DNA of 64,000 nucleotides from Leptogorgia sarmentosa (Eukaryota): NCBI GenBank assembly GCA_964658305.1, contig OZ210885.1, positions 8,246,001 to 8,310,000 of the forward strand, read 5' to 3'. Positions 45,744-59,689 of the stretch are shown here, piece by piece (position 1 is the first letter of the stretch; each line of letters begins with the position of its first letter). Under the pieces are notes generated by a model, which did not search any database, was not told where the DNA came from, and was given only the letters and a program-made list of their open reading frames with translations. The position numbers were made by a program, and so were the translations under genes.

Positions 45744-48700
45744 ATTCTCACGTGCATGTCTACCAAACTCTTTCCCTCTGTAACACATGACTTATGGTTG
45801 AAAATCACGGTAACATTTACTTCACTGTGATGGGTATTTAACTGCCAAATTCTTTGCGAAATTTCATATGCGAACTTTCTTTAATTTTACATTTATATGA
45901 TAATTATATTTCCCAAGAAGAGGGACAATGCCACCCGATGATTTTAAATTCATGACGGATTAAAAACAATTCCACTTACTGACAACACAAGTTGTGTCGT
46001 ATTGTGCGGTTCTGTACAGCTACGAACTCATAACAAACGAACCATATTTTTGTATTTTATTTCATACGGCAACTTTCTATTGGTCGTTCAGACATCGCTT
46101 TTAAATAATAGTTAAATATTAAATCCAGCGAATGTACAATTGAATAATCTCTTAATCTAATTCTGTTCAACCTGAACTAATCATTCTTGCTCTTCGCTCC
46201 CACGCAACTTGTGACATGAGTGTCTTCCTGTTATATTGTTCTTCGACCCAGCATTATTCAAGTGAAACCCGCAAACACAATTGCTGGAACGTTCTCGATA
46301 TGTGACGACATGTATTTACGTCGTTGAGGTTGAATACAGAAGCGTTTGTCCTTTTAACATCATTGCAAATTCAACATTCGGTGAGTACCAATAAATGTTT
46401 TTGAAACTATTTCCAGTTTGCACAATAACGTTATAAAATCCCATATAACAGATTCCCTTTCAAAGCACAATATCCATCTGATGACGTTGCAACACAATGA
46501 CAAACAAACATGCCTTTACGCTTCTACCATTCGTGTAAAATCGTTTCAGGTTATGTGACGGTGTTCTATGTCGCTCTTACTTTTAATTATCTGTGATCTC
46601 GTGAGCCTTGTATTGCACATAAACTCCTCATATCACCACTTAGTTTATCTAAGATATTCGTCATGCAAGAGCGTTTGTTTGTAAATTAAACTTAATTTAT
46701 TCAGACAAGATACTGATAAAACTAGGCAAGATTTGGATCTTTTAATAAAAGCTGAGGTCATGAATCATTATTTATTAAATGCTTTAAAGCTTTTCGTTAC
46801 TATCTGTACTGATTCTTGGGTGGTTATATCATCGTGAACATACATATGACTGGTGCGTGTTCAATCGCTGACATGTCATGCATACAGCGCTACTTGGCAC
46901 GATTTGTTGAAAATCCTAAATTGAATTGAGCATTGCCAAACAAAGCAGCCTCCATCCTCTCTTCGGGTTTATTCAATACAGACTTGAGCATGCAATAACC
47001 AGGGACCAAACAACAGGTGGACCTTTATTGCTTTCAGGTTTTCAGCGATATAACTGCAACTTAGCAACGCTCAGTCTGTGGCGCTGTTAGCAAATTTGCT
47101 GTTCTTGACTAATTAGGTTGCGACGAAGTCTTCAAATTCATACGAAAGCAAACTTCAATACTAGCAGTGTATACCTCACGCAAGTTTGTTTACAAGTTTC
47201 ATTAAAAACTATAGTATATGATTGCCAACATTTCAGTCCGTAAAAGTTGATACATTCTTTCTAGCATAAAACATTCACTGTTAATTAATCAATACAAGAC
47301 TGAGATTAAATCGACTGATAGCATGCATGTAAATTGTATTATAGCGGACGTTTTTGCGATTGTTTATTATGCCCTCGGCCCTCAAGTGTACTACATGCAT
47401 ATTTTTTGTCTATTATAGTGCAATATGGACCGAATGTCCCAAGACAGATAACACATGCAATCTCAATATCATGCTATAAAAATAGTACACTGAAATAAAC
47501 CTATAAAGGCCTATCCACACGATGTGAATATCTTATACGATTCGTGTTCTGACTTATGGAAATGAGTAGTGATCTCTCATTCCCTGTTGATTACGTTACG
47601 TCGGCATTTCATTGTATTCACGCATGTTTACTGCATGCATTCCATACGCTAGAATACAAATTTTATCGTGTAAATGGCCTTGGAAGAATCTCAATACCAC
47701 GGGATGACAAAATTCAATACATTGAAATGAACCCAAAGCAACTTGTCGTGCAGTGGAGATATTAAAAATATTTCAAAAAACAAACTGTGGGGTTCTTCAA
47801 AGGAATGTAGGATATGTGCTTTCGTTTTAATATTCTCACGTGTATATCTGTAAAACTCTTTCCCTCTGTAACACACGACTTATGCTTGAAAATCACGGTA
47901 ACATCTACTTCACTGTGATCCATGGTATTGAACTGTCAAAATCTTTGCGAAATTTCATATGCGAACTGGCTTTAATTTTACATTCATATGATAATTATAT
48001 TTCCCAAGAAGAGGGACAATGCCACCCGATGATTTTAAATTCATGACGGATTAAAAGCAATTTCATTTACTGACGACACAAGTTGTGTCGTATTGTGCGC
48101 TTCTGTACAGCTACGAACTCATCAAAAACGAACCATATTTTGGTATTTTACTTCATACGGCAAGTTTCTATTGGTCGTTCAGACATCGCTTTTGAATAAT
48201 AGCTAAAGATTAAATCCAGCGAATATACAATTGAATAATCTCTAAATCTAATCCCGTTCAACCTGAACTAATCATTGCTGCTCTTTGCTCCCACGCAACT
48301 TGTGACATGAGTGTCTTCCTGTTATATTGTTCTTCGACCCAGTTTCAAGTGAAACCCGCAAACATAATTGCTGGAACGTTCTCGATATGTGACGATCGAC
48401 ATTTATTATGTCGTATAGAAGTTGAATACAGAAGCGTTTGCCCTTTTAATATCATTGCGAATTCAACATTCGGTGAGTACTAATTTAAGGTTTTGAAACT
48501 ATTTCCAGTTTGCACAATAACGTTAGGAAATGCAATATTACAAATTTCCATTCAAAGCACAGCGTCCATTTGATGACGTTGCAAGTTGCAACACAATGAC
48601 AAACAAACATGCCTTTACGCTTCTACCATTCATGAAATATCGTTTCAGGTTATGTGAGGGTGTTCTATGTCGCTCTTACTTTTAATTATCTGTGATCTCG

Positions 48701-51250
48701 TGAGCCTTGTATTGCACATAAACTCCTCATATCACCACTTAGTTTATCTAAGATATTTGTCATGCAAGAGCGCTTGTTTGTAAATTGAACTTAATTTATT
48801 CAGACAAGATACTGATAAAACTAGACAAGATTTGGATCTTTTAATAAAAGCTGAGGTCATGAATCATTACTTATTAAATGCTTTAAAGCTTTTCCTTACT
48901 ATCTGTACTGATTCCTGGGTGGTTATATCATCGCGAACATACATATGACTGGTGCGTGTTCAATCGCTGACATGTCATGCATACAGCGCTACTTGGCATG
49001 ATTTGTTGAAAATCCTAAATTGAATTGAGCATTGCCAAACAAAGCAGCCTCCATCCTCACTTCGGGCTTTTTCAATACAGACTTGAGCATGCAATAACCA
49101 GGGACCAAACAACAGGTGGACCTTTATTGCTTTCACGTTTTCAGCGATAAAACTGCAACTTAGGAACGCTCAGTCTGTAGTGCTGTTAGCAAAATTGCTG
49201 TTCTTAACTAATTAGGTTGTGACGAAGTCTTCAAATTCATAGGAAAGCAAACTTCAATACTAGCAGTGTTACCTCACGCAAGTTTGTTTACAAGTTTCAT
49301 TAAAAACTATAGTATATGATTGGCAACATTTCAGTCTGTAACAGTTGATAGATTGCGTCTGCCATAAAACATTCATTGTTAATTAAGACTGAGATTAAAT
49401 TGACTAACAACATGCAAGTAAACGAACTATGGGGTTGTTTAAAGGAATGTAAGTTACGTGCTTTAGTTTTAAAATTGCCACGCGTATGACATCTACTTCA
49501 CAGTGATGGGTATTTAACTGCCAAAATCTTTGCGAAATTTAATATACGAACTGTCTTTAATTTTTCATTCATATAATAATTATAGCTATTTCCTAAGAAG
49601 AGGGAAAATACCACCGGATGATTAAAAACAATTTCGTTTACTTACAACACAAGTTGAGTTGTATCGTGCGCTTGTTAAAGCTACGAACTCATATCAGGCG
49701 AAAAACATTTTTCTATTTTCCTTCATAGGGTAAGCTTGTATTGGTCGTTCAGACGTCTTATTATTATTGTGACAGAAATCATTTCAATGTACAGCTGTTT
49801 TGTTGCATGAAACCCAACATGTATTACTTTGCACTTTGCAACAATATTCCCGAAGCTTAAACAGCAACTTGCTTCAGCTTCATGTAGTTTATACACCGAA
49901 TGTCTTGTGGTGAGTAGAATTCATCAAATTTATTATTGTCACTGAATTATTTTTACCGAGTAGAGTGTAAGGAAATATTCAATATGCGGCGCGTCAGTGC
50001 AGGTAGCGGATCACATCAGCAAACACCAGAAAGGGTTTTGCTCACTACCTAAACGATGCAATTAATAAGTTTCAATATTTGGAGCGAACGCCTTTTGTCG
50101 GAGTTCATCGTTTAATTTAGCTTTAGTCTAACGAATAATAGCATCAAGAGCACCGGAAAACACATGTAAATAAATTGTGCTATCAGTTATATTTATAACC
50201 TTTATTGCAGACAGTAATCTAATCATTGCGGCTTTCTGTTCCCACGTAAATGTCACATATGAGTATCTTGCTGAGTTATGTCAGTTATATTGTTCTTCGA
50301 CCCAGCACCATTCAAGTGAAACCCGCAAACAGAGTTGCTCGAACGTTCGCGAGATATGACGGCGTTGAGTTATGTGACACAAAATGAATACAGAATCGCT
50401 TTTTCTTTCAAAAGTCATTTTAACACTCGGTGACTCTACGAAAATGTTTCGAAATTGTTTCCAGTTTGCAGAGTAACGTTATAAAATGTCACATTGCAAA
50501 TTCCTTTCAAAACACGATATCATGCGTCTGCAACAAAATGCCAAATAAACGTGCACTTGGAGTATGTTTCTCTTACTTTATCTGTGATTTCGTGAGCACA
50601 TAATAAACTCCTCACACACCACTTAGTTTATCAATTCGTCATGCAAAAGCGTTTGTTTGTATGTTGTAGTGTTGTAGACTTCAATTTTCAGTTCAGACAA
50701 GATACTCCTAAAACTAGATATCATTTCAAACGCTTAATTTGATCTGAAAAGGTCGGGATCATGAATCATTAATTATATTTATTGAATGCTATAAAAAGCT
50801 TTTCATTACTATCTCCATGGCCAGTGTATTCTTGGGGTTATTATATCATGGAGACGTATGACTCCGGCGAATGTTCAGTCATTGGCATGTCATGCATTAG
50901 ACATACAGCGCTACGTGGCACGATTTACTGAAAATCCTAAATTGAACTGAGCTTATTCAGACTTGAACATGCAATGACCAGAGAGTCAAACAACACGCAG
51001 ACGGACCTTAATTGCATTGTAATTTGACAACTTGCAGTCTGTATCGCAAATTTCCTGTTCTTAATTATGATTAGATTACGATGAGGCCTTTAAATTCACA
51101 GGAAAGCAAACTTCAATACTGGTAGTGTGTACCCTCGCGCAATTTTGTTTACAAATTTCATTAAAAACTATATTATATCTTCAGCAACATTTCTATCATT
51201 AAAAGGTCATGGATACATCTCATAACATAAAACTTTCATTTTTAATTATT
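45744..51250. repeat. Tandem triplication of a ~1.6-2.1 kb non-coding unit
   Basis: Unit 1 ~45744-47340 and unit 2 ~47783-49420 are highly similar (offset ~2088); unit 3 ~49424-51250 is more diverged and interrupted at ~49760-50200. Confidence 0.9.
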
Positions 51251-51954
51251 GCAAGATGCAAGTACCGTAAATGCTCGTAATTTTTATTGCCCAAAAACCT
51301 AACGAATGAACACAACTGTTCAGAATAGAATATTAATTTCCTTCACATCATCGTCACATTGACAACCGTGTTGTTAAAAACGTCCCCTGCTTCAGCACTC
51401 TTTTATCCTCGATTAACCGCCGCACTGTAGTTGCGAAGGTGCGACGTTTATTAATAAATTCATTATTCCCTATATCTGTAGGCTATGTATAGATATACAT
51501 ATGCATATTTCCGGATTGACTTTATGTGTAAAAAGAACAATGTTTTACTTAAATTTAAGCATAGACGATTGTCTATGATCTAAGTGACTTTAAAGCGATT
51601 ATTATATATAATTTAGAGTGGCACAGCTTGAATGACACAAATAACGAAAGAAACATATTTGATCGTCGTCAGTTTACAACTATCCATAATATGCTCTCGA
51701 AATACGGAACATACTGCGAGGCAACGAAGCCGAATATTTGGAGACAGCGTTGAGTGGTCAATACTTTCCACTCGCCTTACAAATTGAATAAATCTTGCTT
51801 GTCTGATTTTTCAAAACTGGGTTACCCATACAGTATTTTCAAAGGACAGACCAGTATTTTCAAAGAAACTTTCAAAGAAACTGTACTGTTTACAAAAGCT
51901 TTGTGTTTTGGTAGCTAAAATTATAAACCAGAATATTTTATGTTTACTTCATAG

Positions 51955-54900
51955 AACGATAATGATGTCAAAGGAAGAACAACATTGGGTTTTAGTTGGC
52001 ATTGCCTTTACCAAAGTTCTTGCACCTGCATTGAGGAAAGTTGTCGCCACTGAACTTGGGATATGGTATCATTCTTTATGCCAACCACCTGATGAAATTC
52101 ACAAGCAAGATTTCGCAGCATACAGAAGGAAGAAATTACCCCCTTCCACCGATAATCTACAATATCACAACATTAACAACAACATTATCCACAAGCCTAC
52201 TAAATCAGCTTATGATTATGCTGTTAAAGATCCTGTCTCGTTGGCGAGACTACTCGTCACCGATTTTATTGCAGATATCACTGGATTTGATGAAACCATG
52301 GATATGTCAGCACTTTTAACTATTATCGGCAAGGCAGCTCCTTTCGTATCTTCGGGTGCTGCAGCTGAAGCAAAGAAAGTTAGGTCGGACATCAGAAACC
52401 CATGGGCTCATTGTAACATCTCTGAATGGACACTACATATGTTCAATGACTCGTTTCAAGGAATGAAATCTTTAGTCAATTTGTTAAATTTACCAGAAGC
52501 TGACAAAAAAATAATTTGTGATGAACTAGATTTCTGGAATAAAACAGGTACTGTATTATTAGCATTATTGCCGGAATTTCATCATGCCTTTAAATATGTT
52601 TTGCGCAGATCATTTCAAATCAAAACTTCAATCATTCAAAAGTCGAATAAACTAGGGAATGTTTAACGCAATTTTGCCAATTTTTTTTCATTTTAGTGTA
52701 GTTAATTGTAGACTTTTCTCGATACGGATATAAATTTTGCATGGGTATTATACTAAAATATACAAAATTACAACAAATTCTACTAAAATATACATATTTT
52801 ACAACATTTCTCAACCAAACTTTACAATTTTACTAACTTTGTATTGCTCTTTAACTCTGTTGCTCTGAATTGTACTATTTCGAAATTTCTAAAAATTGTC
52901 TATTGTGCAATTGGTCCATTCCCGACGGAAAAATCAACTTTACTCAAAACGTCCAACCTGTTTGCATTGTTTAAGTAGTGGGTATATGACATGTGCTGCT
53001 TGCTGAGGTTGTATATCCCCTTCCTACTACACTGGCCGCCTATTGAAGTTTGCTAATAGCCACAGCAGACCATGTTTATCAAATATATGGACAGCAAGGC
53101 ATGCTTTTTCATGTACCCTTCGTGCTACGCGCATTAGCAGCGATGTATTTATAGTGTTTGTGATACTCAAGATAAGTTTTCTTCATTATTTCCAGACATT
53201 CTTGTTGATAGTCGTCACGCAAAACTAATTGCAGAAAGTGTAGCTGAACTTTGCCGTTGTATCAAAAACTGCGATTTGGACGCCACAAAGGTTTGACGAA
53301 CTTTTGTTGTTTCATTTAACAGTCGTTGAAGAAGTAGGAAGACGCTGTTCAAATTAATATAAGACATCTTTCAAATGCGAGCGAGTACACGAAGCGTGTA
53401 CCGATGAATAAAACACACTACATATCAATTACTGTTAAATACTGTAATATAAATACCCCATTAAGCAAAACAATTGAGCCATTCTTATAGACAAGAGATA
53501 AACATAAATTTTGATAGATAACAATTATTTTTCCTTGCAAAATTGCTATTTAAACGTTGAACTACAAATTTCTGAAAAGTTTAAACTAGGAAACTTGCAT
53601 ATCAGATTTCAATAGACCTTATGTATAATGTCGTCACAAAAATTTTAGCTCGTATTCGACTTTACATCTGTGTCGACCAAGCATTGAAATATTTCGTCCT
53701 CACAGTGACGTAAAAATTATTCGATGGCAATTTGAAAATTTTGAGAAAAAAGGGCCAATTTATAAGAGAGGAAAAAATAGGTACGCATGTGGGTAGCCCG
53801 TAAAAGATCGGCGAAGCAATTTTCCCTTTCCCTAAAATCCCAACCATTAAAGTCAGGAAAATATTGATAAAGCTCAGACGGTTAAGAACACCGGCGTGCG
53901 TCGCTGTTCAAACAAAACAAGTCCACAGAGTTTCCGTCTTCTCTCTTTAGCTAGCCACAATGCGTAGTTTCTGTCCCTAGGATTCTTGACTTGCTCGGTA
54001 ATTGCCTTGAAGTTCTTCAGTAATTCTATTTAATTTGGGAATTAACTGTATAAGCGACTGTCTTCGGTTTCTCGGCGTTGCTGGGCGAGAGGTGGATATA
54101 ACTCTATCGTTTATCGACTGAGAGTTTTATTTTCAGTTTGCCAAAGCACTCCAAGTATAGAACGACTGTCTTTAAACTTCAGGATATCAGACCGTAGTTG
54201 ATTCTTTTCAGTGTTGGAACTTAGTTCACCCCACGCTAGTTACGCTTTGTCACCTTTTTTTTCATTCAAGAACTAACAATTTTACTTTACTCATCTCGCC
54301 TAAGATTGTTTTCAGTCACCTCGATACACGCTTTCAATTCCAACTAAATCTTCTCGAATCCTTGTGACCCTGCCCTCTTTACTTGTCTTGTCGTCCACAC
54401 AACCACGAACTCTGTCCTTGCCTCATATATATTGTCTCATTAATTTACATACTCATCTTAATCTCTAATCTGATAATATACATGAAAAAATTTCACGATT
54501 CTGAATTGCTAAGAGCAGTGCAATATTAAGGAAATACAGTGGCAAAAAGGAAATTCAGTGCAAAAAAAAAGAAATTCAGTGCAAATTTCTTCAGATGTTT
54601 ATGCCTTCTGATTGGCTGAGATTACAAAGCTAGCCAATCAGATTAAGCCATTTCTGGCGAACAATAACAAAATATGAAATTATTCGAGAATGAAAAAATG
54701 GCTGCCTCTTTGGGTAGATTCTTTTAGGAACAGACAAATGATAGAGGGGCTTAAAAATAGTTCGAAAAATGAAAATACCACCAAAGATATCTAGTCTTTT
54801 GGTTGATTGTGCGGAGACAATGGTGCATTGAAAAGGAAATACAGCGCGAGATACAAAATATTCCGCAAGAGGTGTTAGATTAGATATTTTGCTCGATTGT

Positions 54901-57900
54901 TTTTATGCTGAACGAAAACTGCGAATTAAAAAAAGAAACGGCGATGAATATGAAGCTGACAGCTTAAAAGTGATATTAACAGCAGTCGATGATGACAACC
55001 TTTTTATAATACGAGACAGAGATTTCTCTTCGTTCAAGCAAGTGCTCGGTGGACAAGCGAAACAACTTCGTATATTAGCGGCCGAACAAAACGAGAAAAA
55101 CTCGCTCGTGAATGTTTTTTCCAAATTGCACTCGAAACCATACAATTACCTATACTAATAACGTCAGATTATAACTATTATTACATCACACACCTTAACC
55201 CGCTTTGTGAAGTTGAGAGTGATTTCAAATTTGTTTCAGCCCGTAAATTGAATTTACTAAATCAATTTTATCTATTCAGATAAATCCAGTGATGGAGAAA
55301 CTCGATAACATACAATCCACACTGCTTCGCAAAATTAAAGAGGTTGAAAGGTCTGCAGCTGAGAAATTTGAACATCATTCAATGGAGCTTAAACGTCTGG
55401 CGGAGAAAACAGATGAAATCGAATGTCGTCAGAAAAAGCCGAGGACGGAGCATTCAGATTTTGCAGAGAAAAAAGGTAGTGTTTCAATTAACTAGGAAAG
55501 ATGGAAACTATTTATGCAAAATATATTATGCAGAAAAATTTACAGACTGTCAGCCAGCCATTCAATTTTCAAAATTTGTCCCCCACGAACCTTCCCGGTC
55601 TTCAACGTTCTTTTTCTAAGAATTTCTTGTAGGAAAATATCTCGTTAGAGTAAACGGCAACAGGAATGCAATATGTCTTCTAACACTTCCCAGATTTAGT
55701 GGGAATCCGAAAGCATTGGCAGTGCAGTACGCGCTGTCGCACTCATCATCACTAAAAATGAATTTTAATGTTGGGCGGGTTAACTGCGTAGGGCACAACC
55801 AAATAAAAAACGCTCGTGAAAAGTTGACGCCGCTCAATTGCTACAAGAATGCTTAAATGTTGCTGATAGTAGTTAAATGCTTCTTCTTTTGATTTATGTC
55901 CTAAAATGCTTCATTAATAGGAGATTCAGCAGTCAATGTTGAAAGCCAAGTTGTCAAGTTGCGAACTGTGGTAGAAAAATCTTCTGAAAAATTAACTAAA
56001 TTTGTATTTAATGGAAAGATTGACTAGCTTATTCGAAAATTTCAAGAAGGGACCAGACAATGGTTCTTTGACGACTTTGAAAAATGGCTTCGCGATACGA
56101 AATCGAGAGTTATGATCCTAAATGGAGGTCCCGGCGTTAGGAAAAGTGTTCTGTCGGCAAAATTATGTGACTTGTATGAAGAGACTGGCCAGCTTGCTGG
56201 TTGCCACTTCTGTTACTTTAGAGGCTCTGATTGCCGAGATGTCACTGTTCGTTTGTACTACTTTCTAAAAATCCATGCTGTAAATGATGTTTATAGCTTT
56301 ATTCTATAGCATGATTTGAAAGCTTCAACTGAAATAGACGCTGCGCGATATATACAATGAAACGTCGGCTGTCCAGAAGCCGAATCATACCCTAGAATGT
56401 CTAATTCTTATTTGTATAGGTACATATTGGCATGGTTTCGAATGCAATTTCGATAAAGTATGCACGAGTGACCTCGATGACTAGGAATGGTAGTTTGATA
56501 TTACATATCTTTATATCACCACTGCACTCAGTGGACAGCACTTCAAAATCATACCGTACTCCAAGTTCTCTCACGCTGCAGTACAGGTGGTGAGGAAAGA
56601 CTGTACCAATTAGCACCTTCTGCGCGCGCACGCATAAACGACCAAACAGGAACAGCCACAACGTAGAAACTTCTCATCAATAATCGTAAAGCACACTACA
56701 AATTGCTTTTCTTGGTAAAGTTTAAATAAAGTTTAGACTCACTTCAGTAACAATACACTGCAAACTGTAGCAAGAGATTTTCATGCCAGGGCGACGTAAA
56801 ATATTGAACGAAATTAATGTTCAAAGTTGAAATTATACAAATATGCATTCTGGTATGCACAATTATTTGAAGCGTGCAGCAGAGTGATTTCAAAATTATC
56901 ATCTATATTTTTTAATCGATATTCTAGTTCCGTATGGATTACGCAATCTACCTGCTCACATGGTGGAAAGGCCATCAGAAGTAACCGAGATATTGGAGTT
57001 ACTCAAGCAGGGAAATAAAGTGGGTGTTGTTGGACGTCATGGTGGCGACGTTGGTATCCGTGGAATGGGAGGCCTCGGTAAGACGGTGTTAGCACAAGCT
57101 GTTGCCTGGGAAGTCTCAAAATCTCGTCAAGTTGTCTGGCTTGACATTGGTCAAACACCTGATCGCTTGAAACTGATTAACACCCTCGTCAGAGTCCTTG
57201 GTGGAGATGTGTCGTTCAGTGATATTGTTGCAGCGCAATCTTGGTTAAGAAAATACACGGTATGTATGCTGTGCTATATTTGATGTTTGTGAGAAAATGT
57301 GATAGGGCTATTTTCAAGATAGGGACGATTTTTAATGGGATGTAGCTCGAATAGCCAAGTTGCACGAATACAGAAAAATATATCCGGTACAGCGTTGGTA
57401 AACGTAAATTAAAGCGACGTTAAATGTAGAAGTCTGATGTTAGATGGACGTTAAAGATAGAATAGTGGCAATTCTTCCAAGTCTTTTCTTTCGCACGACC
57501 ACTTACCCAGGGCGGTAAGCTTTATTACTTGTCTTTAATTTTTAAAATAAATTTAGCATTTTAACCCGGCTTCGCCTTGTTCAGTATTGAAAATTTCTCG
57601 TGCGTTGTACAGCCAGTTCGTGTAAGTATTTGTAAATAAAGCACAATTCTTAACTCGTGCATTCTTGTTAAACGAAAACAATATATATTTGCATACGACT
57701 GATGTGTCGAAATATTTCCTTCATGCAGTGATGATATTTCCCTTGGGCTAAAGCCATCAGGTCTTCATGAAATATTTCGACGATTATATGTAGCCCCCGG
57801 GTCTATAAATGATAATTAAAATAGTACCTCTACTTTCTCAGTTCGTTAAAAAACCTCATTCATCTCATGCATTGGTGGTGAGATGATGGCAGCTGGGACT

Positions 57901-59689
57901 CTTTTACACTTGCAATTTTTGCAGCGATTTCTAGTGCGAGTTTTATTATTGAGGTGAAAGACTAAACCAGTTGCGGAATTCAGAAATAATAAAATCAGAA
58001 CATTCGTCATAAATCCACCTATGCATGAACATGTGCCTCGTATATCAGAAAGGCCAGAAAATGCCACTAAAAAATTGCAAGCGAGCCTTTGAAGGCCTTG
58101 GCTAGTAAGAGTGGTAAATTTTACCAACCTTTGAATGCAGTTAACAGATACGGTTTCTGAGCTAGTTTTCAACTCATTTTTAGATGGATAAAGATTGTTT
58201 GGTTGTTGTTGATGATGTTTGGAAGGTGGACGACGCTGCTGTATTCAATTGCTTATCTGGCAAATGCCAATTACTAATAACAACTAGAGATGCTACTGTT
58301 CTCTGCGTTTCGGGAATTACCAAGTACGAACTTGTTATTATGCCACAAGATAAATCCCGAGGGCTCTTGTATCAGAGCGCTGGGATAAGTCCAGAAGAAC
58401 AGTTAACGCCAAACTTACGGCGAATTATTGCAGACCTGTTAGAGCAGTGTCGAGGTTTACCCCTGGCTCTGTCACTGGTGGGTTCAAATTTAACGGACAC
58501 TCGTGCGGAACAAGACTGGGAGGATGTTTTAGATGATCTTAAAAATGCTGACCTGGAGAGAATTCGTTCATTATTTCCCAAAGTCGATTATCCTTATGAT
58601 AACCTCTTAGCAGTCATTGATGTGAGCTATCAACGCCTAGACGAAAGTGTACGCGAGATGTTCCTTTATTTGGCTATATTTCCAGAGGATACAGATATAC
58701 CGTCAGATGTACTCGAGCTGCTGTGGTGTTCGATACAGAACCAGAATGGAAAAACTTCGCGCAAATCTCAGAAACACAAAGATATACTTGCTGTGCTCGA
58801 GAGAAAGTCGCTGATCTTAAAAGGTACAGTTTTATCTTTTAACGGTTTTGATCTGCACATCCTCCTAAAAATTTTTATCTTCAGTGCCAAGTTCACTTTG
58901 CAGTATTGTCATTAGTAACGAAAATTTACAACAGTCAGTGAACCAGTAATACAGGTTGCAAAGTGGATCAAGTGGATTTTTCGATGTTTTGTATTAATAA
59001 GGAGAATCATGTAAATTAAAAAATATTGTTTGCTTTTTAGGAATTAGGAGTTTTACCAAGACTACCTTAAGTCTATGTGTCTTTTTACAGATATTGCATT
59101 ATTCTTGGCTCGCTATAGCCAATAATTATTCTTATTGTGACTAAGCCATTTCGTATTTACGAAAACCTGATAGCACAACTCCTTCTATACTACTCAACGG
59201 CGATTTTGAGATTTCAAAAATTGTCCGCCTCTAGTACAGATTTCCTAACACTTCGATCAATTTCAGGGCCTGAACTCCACGGAAAGAAAAGCTATCGTGT
59301 CCATGACTTGCTTTTGGATTTTGCCCAGAAAAAACTTCAAGACATGGGTACACTAAATGATGTTCAGGATAAGTTCGTAAAGACACTTTGTGGCCTGTGC
59401 GTGGATGGTGACTGGAATGATAATTCAACTACTTGCCAAAAAGACTATTATTTCAAGTACCTACCCTATCACATTTATTCTTCGGGACGACATGGTGAAA
59501 TACTCCAGTTGCTGTTTGATCTACACTGGCTCAAACAGAAAGCGAAACACGTCAGCGTATTCTCTGTAATATCAGATTTTCGTTTTGTGGACACAGAATC
59601 GGAGGAAATCCAACTTCTCAAATCCTCGTTAATGTTCTCTGCCGATGTCATCAACGAAAACCCAGATTCAATCTGTCCTCAACTCCTAG
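51955..59689 (+). CDS. APAF-1-like NB-ARC protein with apparent N-terminal HEPN (DZIP3/hRUL138-like) domain and coiled coil; 3' exons (WD40 expected) not seen in the window
   Basis: Exons ~51955-52547 (VRSDIRNPWAH, RxxxxH), 55280-55475 (coiled coil), 56928-57259 (GMGGLGKT), 58184-58823 (LVVVDDVW, LLITTRD, CRGLPLAL, FPEDTDIP), 59267-59689 (VHDL, YYFKYLPYH..LLFDLHWL). The phase between the first two exons does not match, so a small exon may be unidentified. Confidence 0.8.
54470..55160 (+). mobile_element. CryptonA/DUF3504-type (KIAA1958/ZMYM-like) relic in an intron
   Basis: Broken frame ...FYAE..KKRNGDEYEADSLKVILTAVD..IIRDRDFSSFKQVLGGQAKQLR, with stops upstream. Confidence 0.65.
55921..56240 (+). 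pseudogene. Inactivated NACHT-type (NPHP3-N-like) NTPase exon
   Basis: FQEGTRQWFFDDFEKW..SRVMILNGGPGVRKSVLSAKLC..LAGCHFC; in-frame TAG 56025-56027; Walker A GKS changed to RKS; truncated. Confidence 0.75.

Noticed and set aside
53880..54462. Possible solo LTR (GTTAAGA...TCTTAA)
   Set aside because: TG/CA termini are imperfect and no TSD was found; cannot be supported
51955..59689. Assigning the symbol APAF1
   Set aside because: No CARD is visible and orthology cannot be shown from the sequence alone
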